From Eubacteriales bacterium (GTDB lineage: Bacteria > Bacillota > Clostridia > Oscillospirales > Oscillospiraceae): DNA of 64,000 nt. The notes under the pieces are model-generated. The model had not been told where the DNA came from and did not search any database. It saw nothing but the letters and a program-made list of their open reading frames with translations. The stretch's first letter is position 1; each line of letters starts with the position of its first letter. The position numbers and the translations under genes were made by a program. The stretch covers positions 9,027 to 73,026 of the forward strand of contig JAUNSH010000006.1 of assembly GCA_030539285.1 (NCBI GenBank), in the 5' to 3' direction. Below, one piece after another: positions 19,122 to 29,193 of the stretch.

Positions 19122-20186
19122 TTACGGGTAAACGATGACAACCTTCTGAGCCGAATTTGCATCGCCGTGGGTGGCCATGGCTTTATCGATGTCCTCTAGG
19201 CTGAATTCATGGGTGACCAGCTTGCTCAGATCCACGCCGCTGCGAACCAGGGCGCTGGTATCTGCGATGCTCTTGTCGTAGGGGTAAGAGCCGCAGCCCA
19301 TAATGTGCTGTTGGTTGAAGCAGACGCTCAGCGCATTAATCGTGGGCGGCTTGTGATGGGTGCCAACGATGCTCAGCTTTGCGCCAACACCGGCGTATTT
19401 ATTGAAATAATCCATGGAGCCCTGAACACCGATGCAATCAATGAATACCTCGGCGCCGCACTTCATACCGCCATAAGCGCCCCGTACGCCGAAAGCATCC
19501 TTCAGAGACTGCTCCACATCTTCGTGCTTGGGATTGCAGGTGAGCAGATCAAAGGACTTGGCGTTCTCCAAACGGAAGTCGGAGAAGTCTATAATCATAA
19601 CCTTTTCATAGCCATAATGCTTCAGCATCAGGGCGGCGGACATGCCAATAATGCCTGCGCCGATGACTACAGCGGTGGTACCCTGACCTTCCATCTGCTT
19701 GGCTGCCTTGCCGCCAACGGCAAAGGGCTCCATGAGAACCAGATTCTTCAGCCCCAGGCTCTTGTCCAGTTTGATGGCGCTGGGCTGCAGATCCACAACG
19801 GGAATATCACAGCGGCCTTCCAAGGTAAATTTGGGCAGATACAGGTATTCAGAGAAGCCGCCAACGGTGGCCATTCGGCCGCGGTCACGATGTGCGTAGC
19901 CCATATTGGGGAACACCCAATCGCCAACCTCAATACCTTTCACATTTTTGCCCACCGCGATAACTTCACTGACCATCTCATGTCCAAATTCCTGACCGGA
20001 ATACAGCATATGAGAGGGACCATCACCATGGGCGTAAGCCAGATAATCTGCGCCACAGATGCCTGCAATCAGATTCTTGACGATCACATCGTCATCGCCG
20101 CATTCCGGCAGGATCTTATCGACAATTTCGATGTGTCCCTTGTCTCCATCATCGAAATACAGTGCTGCTTTATAGGTAATTGCCAT
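19122..20186 (-). CDS. Zn-dependent medium-chain dehydrogenase (no structural-Zn lobe)
   Basis: GICGAD, GHEM, GAGIIG. Confidence 0.9.
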   Translation of the reverse strand: MAITYKAALYFDDGDKGHIEIVDKILPECGDDDVIVKNLIAGICGADYLAYAHGDGPSHMLYSGQEFGHEMVSEVIAVGKNVKGIEVGDWVFPNMGYAHRDRGRMATVGGFSEYLYLPKFTLEGRCDIPVVDLQPSAIKLDKSLGLKNLVLMEPFAVGGKAAKQMEGQGTTAVVIGAGIIGMSAALMLKHYGYEKVMIIDFSDFRLENAKSFDLLTCNPKHEDVEQSLKDAFGVRGAYGGMKCGAEVFIDCIGVQGSMDYFNKYAGVGAKLSIVGTHHKPPTINALSVCFNQQHIMGCGSYPYDKSIADTSALVRSGVDLSKLVTHEFSLEDIDKAMATHGDANSAQKVVIVYP

Positions 20187-20222
20187 TGTAACCCTCCTTT
20201 TCCGATTCTGTAAATTGATTAC

Positions 20223-20246
20223 GCTGAGGCGGAAATCCGCCTCAGC
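20223..20246 (-). terminator. Intergenic hairpin
   Basis: gctgaggcgga-aa-tccgcctcagc. Confidence 0.5.
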
Positions 20247-20268
20247 TCTATTTTATTGAGAAATACAA

Positions 20269-21285
20269 TCAGAAGAAGATCTTGTCGCACAGGATGCATT
20301 CATGACCGTGCATGATGACCTTGTCGCCCACCTTTACCTTGCTGTTGTCCACGATAGCGTAGCCCACGTTCTTGTCCAGAACATAGCTGTAGGTGGTCTT
20401 GGTGACACGGCCGACCTCTTCACCGTTCAGTTCCACGACACAGCCGGGGCCGCCCAGGTGCTTGCCGTGGATGTTGATATCCTCTTCCTCGGTAGTCCAG
20501 CCCAGCAGGGTGCGCTTGGGGCCTTCCTCCTTGACCTTCAGAAGCGCTTCCTTGCCCAGGAATTCCTTATCCCACTTGATGCCCCGGTCCAGACCGACTT
20601 CCAGGGGGTTATACCAGTGCAGGTCGCACATGGTGCAGAAGCCCTTTTCCACAGGCAGAGTCCAGACCATGACCTGAATGTCTGTAACCTGCTTGGCATC
20701 ATACTTGGGGGCGATCTGTCTGAGTTTCTCCACCACCAGCTTGGTGTTTTCAGGAGCAATATAGACCTCGTAGCCCCACTTTTCACCGGTGAAGCCGCCC
20801 CGGTTGACCTTCACAGGAACACCGCCGATGGCATTGTCCAGGATCTGGAAGAACTTCTGATCATCCACAGGGGTATCCAGCAGCTCGTTGAGGATATCCT
20901 TGGACTTGGGACCCTGAACAGCGTACATATCCCACTGTTTGGTAATATTCTTGAATTCCACTTCCCTTTCACCCTTGTGCTCGGCGAACCAGGGGATCAT
21001 GCGCTTTGCGTACAGAGTGGATACCCAGTACTTATTCTCGCCCATGCACCAGATGACCACATCATCGATGATCTGGCCGTTTTCGTTGAGCATGGTGGTA
21101 TATCTTGCGCGGGAGGGTGCCAGGTTGCCGATACTGCCGGTGAACAGGTATTCCAGCAGGGATGTGGCATCGGGACCTTCTACTTCCACCAGCTCATGTG
21201 TCCAAAGATACCAGCCTGCGGTATTGCGGACAGCCATATGCTCTTCGCGCTTCATGGCGTCATTTTTATATACATTTTTGTACAT
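20269..21285 (-). CDS. GcvT/aminomethyltransferase-family folate-binding enzyme
   Basis: EHMAVR, EGPDA, YTTMLNENGQIIDD, AVQGPKS, RGGFTGE.GYE. Confidence 0.88.
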   Translation of the reverse strand: MYKNVYKNDAMKREEHMAVRNTAGWYLWTHELVEVEGPDATSLLEYLFTGSIGNLAPSRARYTTMLNENGQIIDDVVIWCMGENKYWVSTLYAKRMIPWFAEHKGEREVEFKNITKQWDMYAVQGPKSKDILNELLDTPVDDQKFFQILDNAIGGVPVKVNRGGFTGEKWGYEVYIAPENTKLVVEKLRQIAPKYDAKQVTDIQVMVWTLPVEKGFCTMCDLHWYNPLEVGLDRGIKWDKEFLGKEALLKVKEEGPKRTLLGWTTEEEDINIHGKHLGGPGCVVELNGEEVGRVTKTTYSYVLDKNVGYAIVDNSKVKVGDKVIMHGHECILCDKIFF

Positions 21286-21325
21286 TATGCTTCATCCTTT
21301 CCCTGTAAGTTCCAGATCTGAATCA

Positions 21326-22597
21326 TCAGAGGCAGAACTTGTCGATCTTCATAGCGATCTTCACACGGTAGATGCTCTCGTCAACACCCTCAGTCTCTTC
21401 CCAGACAGACCACTCGGGGCTGACCAGGGTCTTGACCATGCCGTACCACATGGCGTTGTAGGCAGAGGTCATGGGGATGGGCATCTTGCGGTTGAAGTAC
21501 TTACGGTCGATGTCATAGGTGACCTCGTCCTTGTTGAAGGCCACGATGGTGTAGGGGCAGCGGATGGACTGCAGCAGCACTTCAATGTAGCCGCCCAGCA
21601 CACGCCCGTCGTTGACGCCCTCGGGGACACCCAGCCAGTCCCGCAGACCCTTGATAGCGAAGCTGTCCAGGAACATCATCTTGCCGCAGGCCCGGAACAG
21701 GCTGGCGATCAGTTGATCTGCCTTTTCCTGGGTGGTCAGGCCCTGCTTGATCATCAAGTTGATGGGGTTCAGGCTGTAGTCGGAGCCCAGAGGATAGTCG
21801 ACTGCACCGCCCACATATTCTTGGGTGGAGTCCAGCTCCATACATAGACCGTTGCGGTACTTGTAGTCGCACTCGCCGCGCATATGCTGGGGACGGTCAT
21901 ACATCTCTTCTCTGGGGGTGAACTTGATCTGATCCTCAGTCATGCAGGGGCCGAAATTGTCCCAAACGCCCTTACGGGGAGGTGCAGGATACTTGTCGCG
22001 GTTCTCACAGATGACCCGGCAGTGCAGGTCACCGCAGCCTCTGGCTTCCACCATGGAGTATTCACAGTGTTCTCCGTAGGCTCGGCCAATCTCTTCCAGA
22101 GAGGCTGTTGAAACACGGCAGATCTCGGAGCCCATGATGTCCCAGGGGCAGGCGTCCAGCTCTTTTTCCACACGATAGGTACCGAAGTCATTGACACGGC
22201 CCTGCATGAACAGACGCTCGTCGCCGGAGTCACCAAAGCAGCCAGCCCGGAAACCGCCAGTGTTTTCGGTACCGCAGAAGAAGGGATGGAGGAAATGGTT
22301 TGCGGAATGGATATCTTTGTACAGGACACCGGGGGCAACTTCCATCTTATTGAACACATAGGTCTTGTTGCCAACGTCCACCTTGCACATCAGGTCCACA
22401 CGCTTTTCATAATCCGGGATCAGGATGCGAAGTACTTCCTGATACACAGCACCCATGCCGGCGTGGTGGCGGCATGCGTACTTGTAGGCATCAATATAAG
22501 AGATCAGCTTGTTCCAGGGAGTCTGTACCGCAGGATGGGCAGGCAGGGCACCCTGGCCTACTTCCTTAGGCAGTCTATCATCAATTTTTGTGTTCAT
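21326..22597 (-). CDS. Cys-rich hypothetical protein with a V4R/ATC-hydrolase-like motif
   Basis: CPW..C and EARGCGDLHCRV resemble the V4R Zn motif; RBS aaggag. Confidence 0.6.
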   Translation of the reverse strand: MNTKIDDRLPKEVGQGALPAHPAVQTPWNKLISYIDAYKYACRHHAGMGAVYQEVLRILIPDYEKRVDLMCKVDVGNKTYVFNKMEVAPGVLYKDIHSANHFLHPFFCGTENTGGFRAGCFGDSGDERLFMQGRVNDFGTYRVEKELDACPWDIMGSEICRVSTASLEEIGRAYGEHCEYSMVEARGCGDLHCRVICENRDKYPAPPRKGVWDNFGPCMTEDQIKFTPREEMYDRPQHMRGECDYKYRNGLCMELDSTQEYVGGAVDYPLGSDYSLNPINLMIKQGLTTQEKADQLIASLFRACGKMMFLDSFAIKGLRDWLGVPEGVNDGRVLGGYIEVLLQSIRCPYTIVAFNKDEVTYDIDRKYFNRKMPIPMTSAYNAMWYGMVKTLVSPEWSVWEETEGVDESIYRVKIAMKIDKFCL

Positions 22598-22770
22598 GAC
22601 GCACGCTCCTTCTTTGTGTAAAATGATTAAAATATCCATAAACCACTGTGCGGGTTTATGTACTATGACCATATACTAGCACAGAGAGGCCAAAAGAAAA
22701 ATCCGCATATTTGTACAGCTTTCAAATTATTTCCCACCAGATTTAACGGGGGCAAAATTCACAAAAAAAT

Positions 22771-22796
22771 ACAAGGCCGTTGGAAAACGGCCTTGT
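22771..22796 (-). terminator. Terminator after the PucR regulator
   Basis: acaaggccgtt-ggaa-aacggccttgt with a minus-strand T-run. Confidence 0.65.
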
Positions 22797-22805
22797 CAGG
22801 TTTGC

Positions 22806-24422
22806 CTATATTTGCTTTTCCAGCTCACGATACTCGTAGTTGTGCTGCCTGGAATCGGTCATCTCCGCAGGCTCCGGGAATTTCTCTTTGTATTCCTCCC
22901 GGGCATCCTTTCTCTGGATCTGGTCGATCTTCAGAATGATGCTAAGGCACAGCCGCTCGTCGGGATCCTTCAGGTCGCTTTCCAGAAGTTTCTCGATCCG
23001 CTTCAGCCGCTCCAGCAAAGTACTGCGGTGGATCATCAGATCCTCTGCGGTTTTGGTAACATTCATGTTGTTGTTCAGGTAAATTTGCAGGGTTTCCAGA
23101 TAGTCCGCAGAAGCCTGACGGTTGTATTCCTCCAGTCGCCGGAATCCCTCTGTAAACAGCAGCGTGGATGGGAATTCGCCCATGCAGCTGTACATCATGT
23201 ACCGCAGCACATAGTCCGAGAACAGGTAGTATACATAGTTTGGGCGGCGGAAGGTACCGAATTCCATAGCGATGCAGGCCTGCTGGTAGTGAAGCCTTGC
23301 CAGCGCCAAATTGGAGAAACGGTTGCTGACACCAGCCCGGAGCTGCATGGGTTTCAGCGTGTCGCTCAGAATGGAGCGGACCTTTTCAATCCCGCCGTTT
23401 TGCTCTCTGACCACCACAAAAAGAGCTATGGCGGATTGATATTCAAATGCCACACTTCCCGGAAAGGCGGATTCCAGATACTCGCACAGATAGACAGCGG
23501 GAACTTTTTTCTTAACCCGCTGGCTGCGCACGATCTTCATAGCCAAATATTCCTCGGTCTCGTTGACAAGCGTCAGCTGCTGCCGCCGGGTCACTTCCAG
23601 GGGCGCTCCCAGCAACAGCTTTTTGAACATATCCCGCCGGATATCGACGCTGCTGTAGGAGAGATTGCTGAGCCTGGGAATGGCTTTTTCCAGAATATGG
23701 GCCAGATATTGGGCTAGAAGGTTATCACTGGTACGATAAGGACGCAGCACACAGGCGACCTTTAAGCAGCCAATGTAAACACCATTTTCAAAGAGATTGG
23801 AAACCAGATGTTCTTTACCATTGACTTTTAGGCAGAAGGGCGTTGTCAGCGCCATGTTGGAGTCCACACCTGTGATGCTGTTGGAAAAGGATTCAAAGGG
23901 AAGTCTGTTATTTTCATCCGGGCGGTAGATCTTCAGGGAATCCAACTCATCGATGATCTTACTGTAGCCCAGAAACTGATAATCGGAGCCAATGACGCTG
24001 ATGGGATTTTCGAAAATAGGAGCGCTGGCTTCCAAAATTCGATTCACTTCAGCATCGGTATCCAGAATGTCCTGGAGCGCCAGCTCCCAGCGGTCAAACT
24101 TGTCATAGATCTCCTGGATCTGGTTAAATATGGTAAACAGATCCGACTGCCCGCTTACCACGATGCAGTCCGCGCAGCCGGTAAGATAGCGGGTGGCGGG
24201 ATTGCCGCCTACGCAGACCAACACACTTTCGGACTTCAAAACGGGATCCCCGGGAAGCTGATCGGAAAAGGCTACATAGACCCGGCCGGATAGAAATTCG
24301 TTATCTGCCCCGGTATAAAGCAGGGGCCGACAGAGTACCAGCCGCTCTGAACGGGTGCCGTACCGTTTGACTTTATAGAGGTCCTTCAGATGATCGTACA
24401 GAATATCCCCACTGAGTTTCAT
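22806..24422 (-). CDS. PucR/CdaR-family transcriptional regulator
   Basis: RAGVS; C-terminal ETLQIYLNNNMNVTKTAEDLMIHRSTLLERLKRI HTH. Confidence 0.9.
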   Translation of the reverse strand: MKLSGDILYDHLKDLYKVKRYGTRSERLVLCRPLLYTGADNEFLSGRVYVAFSDQLPGDPVLKSESVLVCVGGNPATRYLTGCADCIVVSGQSDLFTIFNQIQEIYDKFDRWELALQDILDTDAEVNRILEASAPIFENPISVIGSDYQFLGYSKIIDELDSLKIYRPDENNRLPFESFSNSITGVDSNMALTTPFCLKVNGKEHLVSNLFENGVYIGCLKVACVLRPYRTSDNLLAQYLAHILEKAIPRLSNLSYSSVDIRRDMFKKLLLGAPLEVTRRQQLTLVNETEEYLAMKIVRSQRVKKKVPAVYLCEYLESAFPGSVAFEYQSAIALFVVVREQNGGIEKVRSILSDTLKPMQLRAGVSNRFSNLALARLHYQQACIAMEFGTFRRPNYVYYLFSDYVLRYMMYSCMGEFPSTLLFTEGFRRLEEYNRQASADYLETLQIYLNNNMNVTKTAEDLMIHRSTLLERLKRIEKLLESDLKDPDERLCLSIILKIDQIQRKDAREEYKEKFPEPAEMTDSRQHNYEYRELEKQI

Positions 24423-24704
24423 GATGGTGGCCTCCTTCTGTTTTGAATATTGATTTAATTATAATAGGAAGCCTCTGCTTTTTCCAGCCCTTGGAGGAAA
24501 TCGGCTAATTTTTGTGAAAAATGTAAGTATGAAATTATTTGCGAATTAAAATTTTTCTCATGCCCAATATTTCTGTCTGAAATTTGAGACAAAAATCCTT
24601 CGGTATAGAGGATTTACAAGAAATAAGTCTCTCTATTACAATAAAACAAGAAACTGGGGCGTATTTGATACGCTCTAAAACAAAAATTGATTTGGAGGGA
24701 TATT

Positions 24705-25547
24705 ATGGATATCGCAAGTTTGTTCGGGCTGACTGGCAAGAACGTACTGGTCACCGGCGCCGGGTCCGGCATGGGCTATGCTGCCTGTAAGTTTCTGGTG
24801 GAACTGGGGGCGAATGTATATGCCACTACCCGCCGCAAGCCCCTGGATTTTGCCGTGACCAAGGAGATCAAGACGGATCTGAGCGATCCTAAGTCACTGG
24901 ATGCGCTCATCGAGCAGCTCCCCGACGAGCTGGAAGCCCTGTTCATCTGCCATGGCATTTCCAATACCATCGGCAACAGCAACGGCTATCTGGTGCAGCT
25001 GACCAATTTCCTCAGCTTTAAGTATCTGACCGAGAGACTGCTGCCCCGGGTGGCAGACAATGGATCCGTAACCTTTATTTCCTCCAATGGAGGCAAGGGT
25101 TGGAGAAAAAACATTGCTCCTGCCCAGGAACTGATTGCCACCAAGACCTGGGAAGAGGGCTGCGCCTGGTATGATGCCCACCCTGAGCTGGTGAAAGGCG
25201 GCTATGTGTTTGCTAAGGAGTGCCAGAATACTTATGTCTATACCAAGTGCCAGTCACCTGAATTCATTCAGCGCAGGATCCGGCTCAACGCCATCGCTCC
25301 CGGCATGACCAAAACCGGTCTGACCCACGATTTCAACGCCGCCATCACGGGTGACGCAGATCAGGGCCAGGCTATCCTGGAAAAGCTATTCCTGGCACCC
25401 TGGAACGGCCGTTGGGCTTCCCCTGAGGAAATGGGTCATCCCATGGTCGCGCTGGGCAGTAAGCTGTGCAGCTATGTCAGCGGACAGATTCTGTATATCG
25501 ACTACGGCGGATCCAGTGTCTGGGAGTTGGGAGAACTGACCCAGTAA
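24705..25547 (+). CDS. SDR oxidoreductase (3-alpha-HSD/coniferyl-alcohol DH-like subgroup)
   Basis: TGAGSGMG, ISS, YVFAK, RLNAIAPG. Confidence 0.88.
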   Translation: MDIASLFGLTGKNVLVTGAGSGMGYAACKFLVELGANVYATTRRKPLDFAVTKEIKTDLSDPKSLDALIEQLPDELEALFICHGISNTIGNSNGYLVQLTNFLSFKYLTERLLPRVADNGSVTFISSNGGKGWRKNIAPAQELIATKTWEEGCAWYDAHPELVKGGYVFAKECQNTYVYTKCQSPEFIQRRIRLNAIAPGMTKTGLTHDFNAAITGDADQGQAILEKLFLAPWNGRWASPEEMGHPMVALGSKLCSYVSGQILYIDYGGSSVWELGELTQ

Positions 25548-25590
25548 GGATGAAGACAAGCATTCAGCAATGAAATGGAGGAAATGATTC

Positions 25591-26595
25591 ATGAAAGCTG
25601 CAATCTATTATGGTGTAAAGGATATCCGCGTGGAAGACATCCCTGTGCCTGAATGTGGGGACAACGATGTGTTGGTAAAATGTGTTCGCTGCGGCATTTG
25701 CGGTTCGGATACGGGCAGCTACCTGATCGGCGGTCATGTGGGCGGTAATGCGCCTGGACGCCGGATTGGACATGAAATGGTAGGTTATATCACAGAAGTC
25801 GGCAAAAACATAACCGAGCTGAATGTGGGAGACCGTGTTTTTGTCAACCCCATGAAGGCAATGCCGCTGGGCGAAGCGGATATGCTGGGCGGGTTTGGCG
25901 AATATGTCTGTGTTCCTGATGCGAAAATTGGTCACAATATCTATTTGCTGCCGGATCATCTGCCCTATGATGATGCAGTTCTGATCGAGCCCTTCTCCGT
26001 AGGTACCCGGGGCAAAAATGTCACCAAGGTCAAACCCGGTGAAAACGTCATCGTCTACGGTGTCGGCACCATCGGTCTGTGCTGCATCGCATCTCTGGTA
26101 GCGCAGGGCATCAAGCCCATTGCAGTTGTCCGCAGCAACAAGAGGAAGGAACTGCTGGAGAAGCTGGGTGCCATCGTCTGCAATACCAGCGAAGTAGATC
26201 TGTTCCAGTTTGTCCGGGAGCAGTTTGGCATGGCAAGAGCCCGGGTCGGCTATCCCATCCCCAATGTGGATGTGCTGGTGGACTGCGCCGGAGGCCCTCA
26301 GGTTCCGGAAGAATTTGTGAAAATGGCAAAATCCGGTTCCCGTATGGCTGTGGTGGCAATTGCCAAGGAGCCCCGCCCCATCCCTGCCCGTCTGATGAGC
26401 ACCGAAGCCATCATCCAGGGCTCCTGCAATTTTGACTATGATGATGTCATGGAAGTCATCGGAAATCTTGCTGATCGTAAAACCTGCATCCCGGAGATTG
26501 TGACCCATCACTTCAAGCTGGAGGATATCAACGAGGCCATGCTTCTTGCCGGTGCCCGGCAGGAGGCCATCAAGGTAGTCATCGATCTGGAATAA
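25591..26595 (+). CDS. Zn-dependent medium-chain dehydrogenase (no structural-Zn lobe)
   Basis: GICGSD, GHEM, GVGTIG. Confidence 0.9.
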   Translation: MKAAIYYGVKDIRVEDIPVPECGDNDVLVKCVRCGICGSDTGSYLIGGHVGGNAPGRRIGHEMVGYITEVGKNITELNVGDRVFVNPMKAMPLGEADMLGGFGEYVCVPDAKIGHNIYLLPDHLPYDDAVLIEPFSVGTRGKNVTKVKPGENVIVYGVGTIGLCCIASLVAQGIKPIAVVRSNKRKELLEKLGAIVCNTSEVDLFQFVREQFGMARARVGYPIPNVDVLVDCAGGPQVPEEFVKMAKSGSRMAVVAIAKEPRPIPARLMSTEAIIQGSCNFDYDDVMEVIGNLADRKTCIPEIVTHHFKLEDINEAMLLAGARQEAIKVVIDLE

Positions 26596-26649
26596 TTCTG
26601 ATATTCGCGATTTGTGCGAGTCCTTTCAGCCTGCCAAACAGTCCACTTA

Positions 26650-26949
26650 TCACCCGTCTATATAGTTGATACTGGGGAACAGCGTCGTCTCTGACTGTGG
26701 ATCTGCCATGGAACGAAACTCCCGATTCTGCGTGGACAGATCATACAGATATTCCTCGATTCCTTCCGTTTCCTGCTGAATATGAGAGGTCAGTTGCTGT
26801 AGATTCGTTCCCTCACTGGTCATCAGCTGATTTCTTGTATGTGCTACCTGGATAATAGTGCAGGCACTAAGCAGAAGAACCAGTGGCATTAGCAAAGCAA
26901 CAAACCAAAACAGCATACGATATTTTAACGAAAAGCTATTCTGTTTCAC
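26650..26949 (-). pseudogene. N-terminal fragment of a YesM-like sensor kinase
   Basis: SLKYRMLFWF, one TM and the start of an extracellular domain, then an abrupt end. Confidence 0.5.
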
Positions 26950-27725
26950 TGTGTTTGCCCTCCTTTGTGATGTGTCGGTATCCCTGCGTTAAGGAATTTA
27001 ATAGCTGCAATGTCCGGCAGTCTCCATCCAATCTATCAACAAAACTTTTCTGCCCACCGTTGTTATCAATCTACTCCACTCCAAGCTCTTCCGGTAACGC
27101 CTGTACCTTTGCAGATCAAGACTGACCGGGCCGGTGCACGAACCATTGCAGCCATGCGAATGTTTGATGAGCACCTGAAGTCCTATACAGACATATGATA
27201 TTACAACGAAAAGCTAAAGTTACTATTCGGAAACAGAATTCACTCGAGAGTTGGACGCTGAGATTGCAGAAATTGAGAAAGAAAACAAATAGTAATTCTT
27301 CCTTCCAGACAACTGCACTTTGTAGCATGGATATCACTTACACCCTTGTAAGGTTCATTTCTGCATAGTCAGGCACTGCATTCGCAAGTATTCCATATAC
27401 AATCAGTCTGTTAGCTACGTAAAATTTCAATTTGTCAAGGCCGATACCACAACACACTTGGACATATTCTCAACATCGGGATTGCAGAACAGGCATATGA
27501 ACGTATCCGCCATGGTAGAGCAGCCCATTGCCCGGTAGTTTGCCATAGGTCGTCCATGCCGAATTTATCAACCAATTGAGAGGTGAAGGAATCAGAATCC
27601 CAGAGTGTAGTTTTTTCGGGTTAAAAAATTTGAAAACAGGGGGCTAAAAATTGCGTTTCAGTGAGCAAACAGGTGAAGGGGTTAATCTCCTCCACCTGTT
27701 TCTTCCTTTTGGAGAATGGGTCTGT

Positions 27726-28088
27726 ATCTTGAAAACTGCATACCCATTCGTCAAACACATTCCCATTGCTATTGTGATGAGCATAAGCCGCTTTAGAAGC
27801 TGCGCCGGGATGTGCTGGGGAGAAGCATCAGGACATCACATTACTTTTACGGTCTGCTAGGCTTTCTTCCCCGGCACGGAGCGAGAAACAGTTTTCTAAG
27901 ACTTCTGGGCTGCACCCAGAAGGGCGATAACAAGCAGTGGGGACAATGATACTCCCGTCCAGTCACAGCTAGGAACGCAATGAGGGCGGTCACATGAGAA
28001 CCATGCGAGGGCGCTTCGACCCGTGGAGCTGGTACGCTGCCAGCCGTTTGACGACTTCCCATCATAGCCGGGGTGTCGAGGACAAATA
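27726..28088 (+). ncRNA. Candidate structured leader RNA (copy in left element)
   Basis: Shares ordered blocks atcttgaaaactg / cattccc / ggga(c/t)aatgatact(c/t)ccgt / tggagc / gacttccc / gtcgaggacaaata with 50760-51032. Confidence 0.5.
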
Positions 28089-28174
28089 GGCAAAAGAATT
28101 GGTCAGGCAAACAGATAGCTACTTTACTATCCGTCTGCCTGACCTTTTACATAACCTATATGGAGGAAACACAC

Positions 28175-28696
28175 ATGATTCACTTATGTTTTCGGGGTGA
28201 GCTTTACTATGCCGACCTGGGCCGTGGCATTGGCTCGGAACAGGAAGGCTGCCGCCCCGTAGTCATTCTTCAGAACGATGTGGGCAACACTTACAGCCCC
28301 ACAACCATCATCGCCCCCATTTCCCGCCGCAGCCACACCAAAGCGAATCTGCCTACCCATTACCCTCTCGAGTCGGTGGCAGGGCTTGCACAGCCTTCTG
28401 TTGTACTGCTGGAACAGATTCGTGTCATTGATAAGGAGCGGCTGGATCGCAGAATTGGGATGCTTTCAGAAAAGAGTATGCGGGGAATCGACAACGCAAT
28501 CAGAGTCGGCGTTGGCCTTACCGCCATCTCCCAAAGGATTCCCCTCTGCCTTTGCCATGCCTGTGCCGGAAAGCTGATTGGCACAGGTGTTTTCTATTTA
28601 CGCAAGTCTCAGCAGCTACAGTCAGAACGAAAGCTCTGCGGTCTTTGCAATCGCCGCATGGGATATGATTACGAAATGCTCAGGAAAAAGCCATAA
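28175..28696 (+). CDS. mazF: PemK/MazF-family toxin with a C-terminal Cys4 extension
   Basis: RGELYYADL..GSEQEGCRPVVILQNDVGN..SPT; LLEQIRVIDK; CHAC..CGLC tail. Confidence 0.85.
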   Translation: MIHLCFRGELYYADLGRGIGSEQEGCRPVVILQNDVGNTYSPTTIIAPISRRSHTKANLPTHYPLESVAGLAQPSVVLLEQIRVIDKERLDRRIGMLSEKSMRGIDNAIRVGVGLTAISQRIPLCLCHACAGKLIGTGVFYLRKSQQLQSERKLCGLCNRRMGYDYEMLRKKP

Positions 28697-28714
28697 TTGG
28701 AAGGAGAAATCAAT

Positions 28715-28927
28715 ATGGAAAAAGCAAAATACACAGATGTTCTCAAAATCCGGGACGCCGTTGCCCGTGCAAGAGAAAGCGGCATGGATATCAGCGAATA
28801 CACACTGCGCAGGGCGATTCGCTCCGGTCAGCTCCCCTGCCGGATCGTTGGAAGAACCTACCTGATCTCATGGCAGAATCTTCTCAAATGGGTGAATTGC
28901 GAAGATGGCAATGATAATTCCCTTTAG
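28715..28927 (+). CDS. Excisionase-like HTH protein
   Basis: ISEYTLRRAIRSGQLPCRIVGRTYLI; homologous to 54853-55050, which precedes an integrase. Confidence 0.78.
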   Translation: MEKAKYTDVLKIRDAVARARESGMDISEYTLRRAIRSGQLPCRIVGRTYLISWQNLLKWVNCEDGNDNSL

Positions 28928-29193
28928 GGCATCACCGCATAACGGGGCAAGGAGATTCAGCCAGTGTTTTGACCCGAGCGAAAGCATGGAAAATGCGGGA
29001 ATACTGGATGTATTTCCAATTTTTCATACTGAACGATTGGGGCAAAAGATCCGCTGAAGCCCGCAGCCCCCACCTAAGCGGTGTTGCCATAGATAAAAAA
29101 CTGCCGCAGCGAAGAAAAAGGCTTGCTTTTTTTGATGGAAAGCATTATTCTAAAGATAACTACTTTATAAAACTTCTGAGGAATGATGTGCGT

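Noticed and set aside
20269-21285. Glycine cleavage system
   Set aside because: No gcvH, gcvP or lpd nearby; the context points to a stand-alone C1-transfer enzyme
17874-21847. Several long plus-strand ORFs (343, 334, 339 and 302 aa)
   Set aside because: Mirror frames of well-supported minus-strand enzymes
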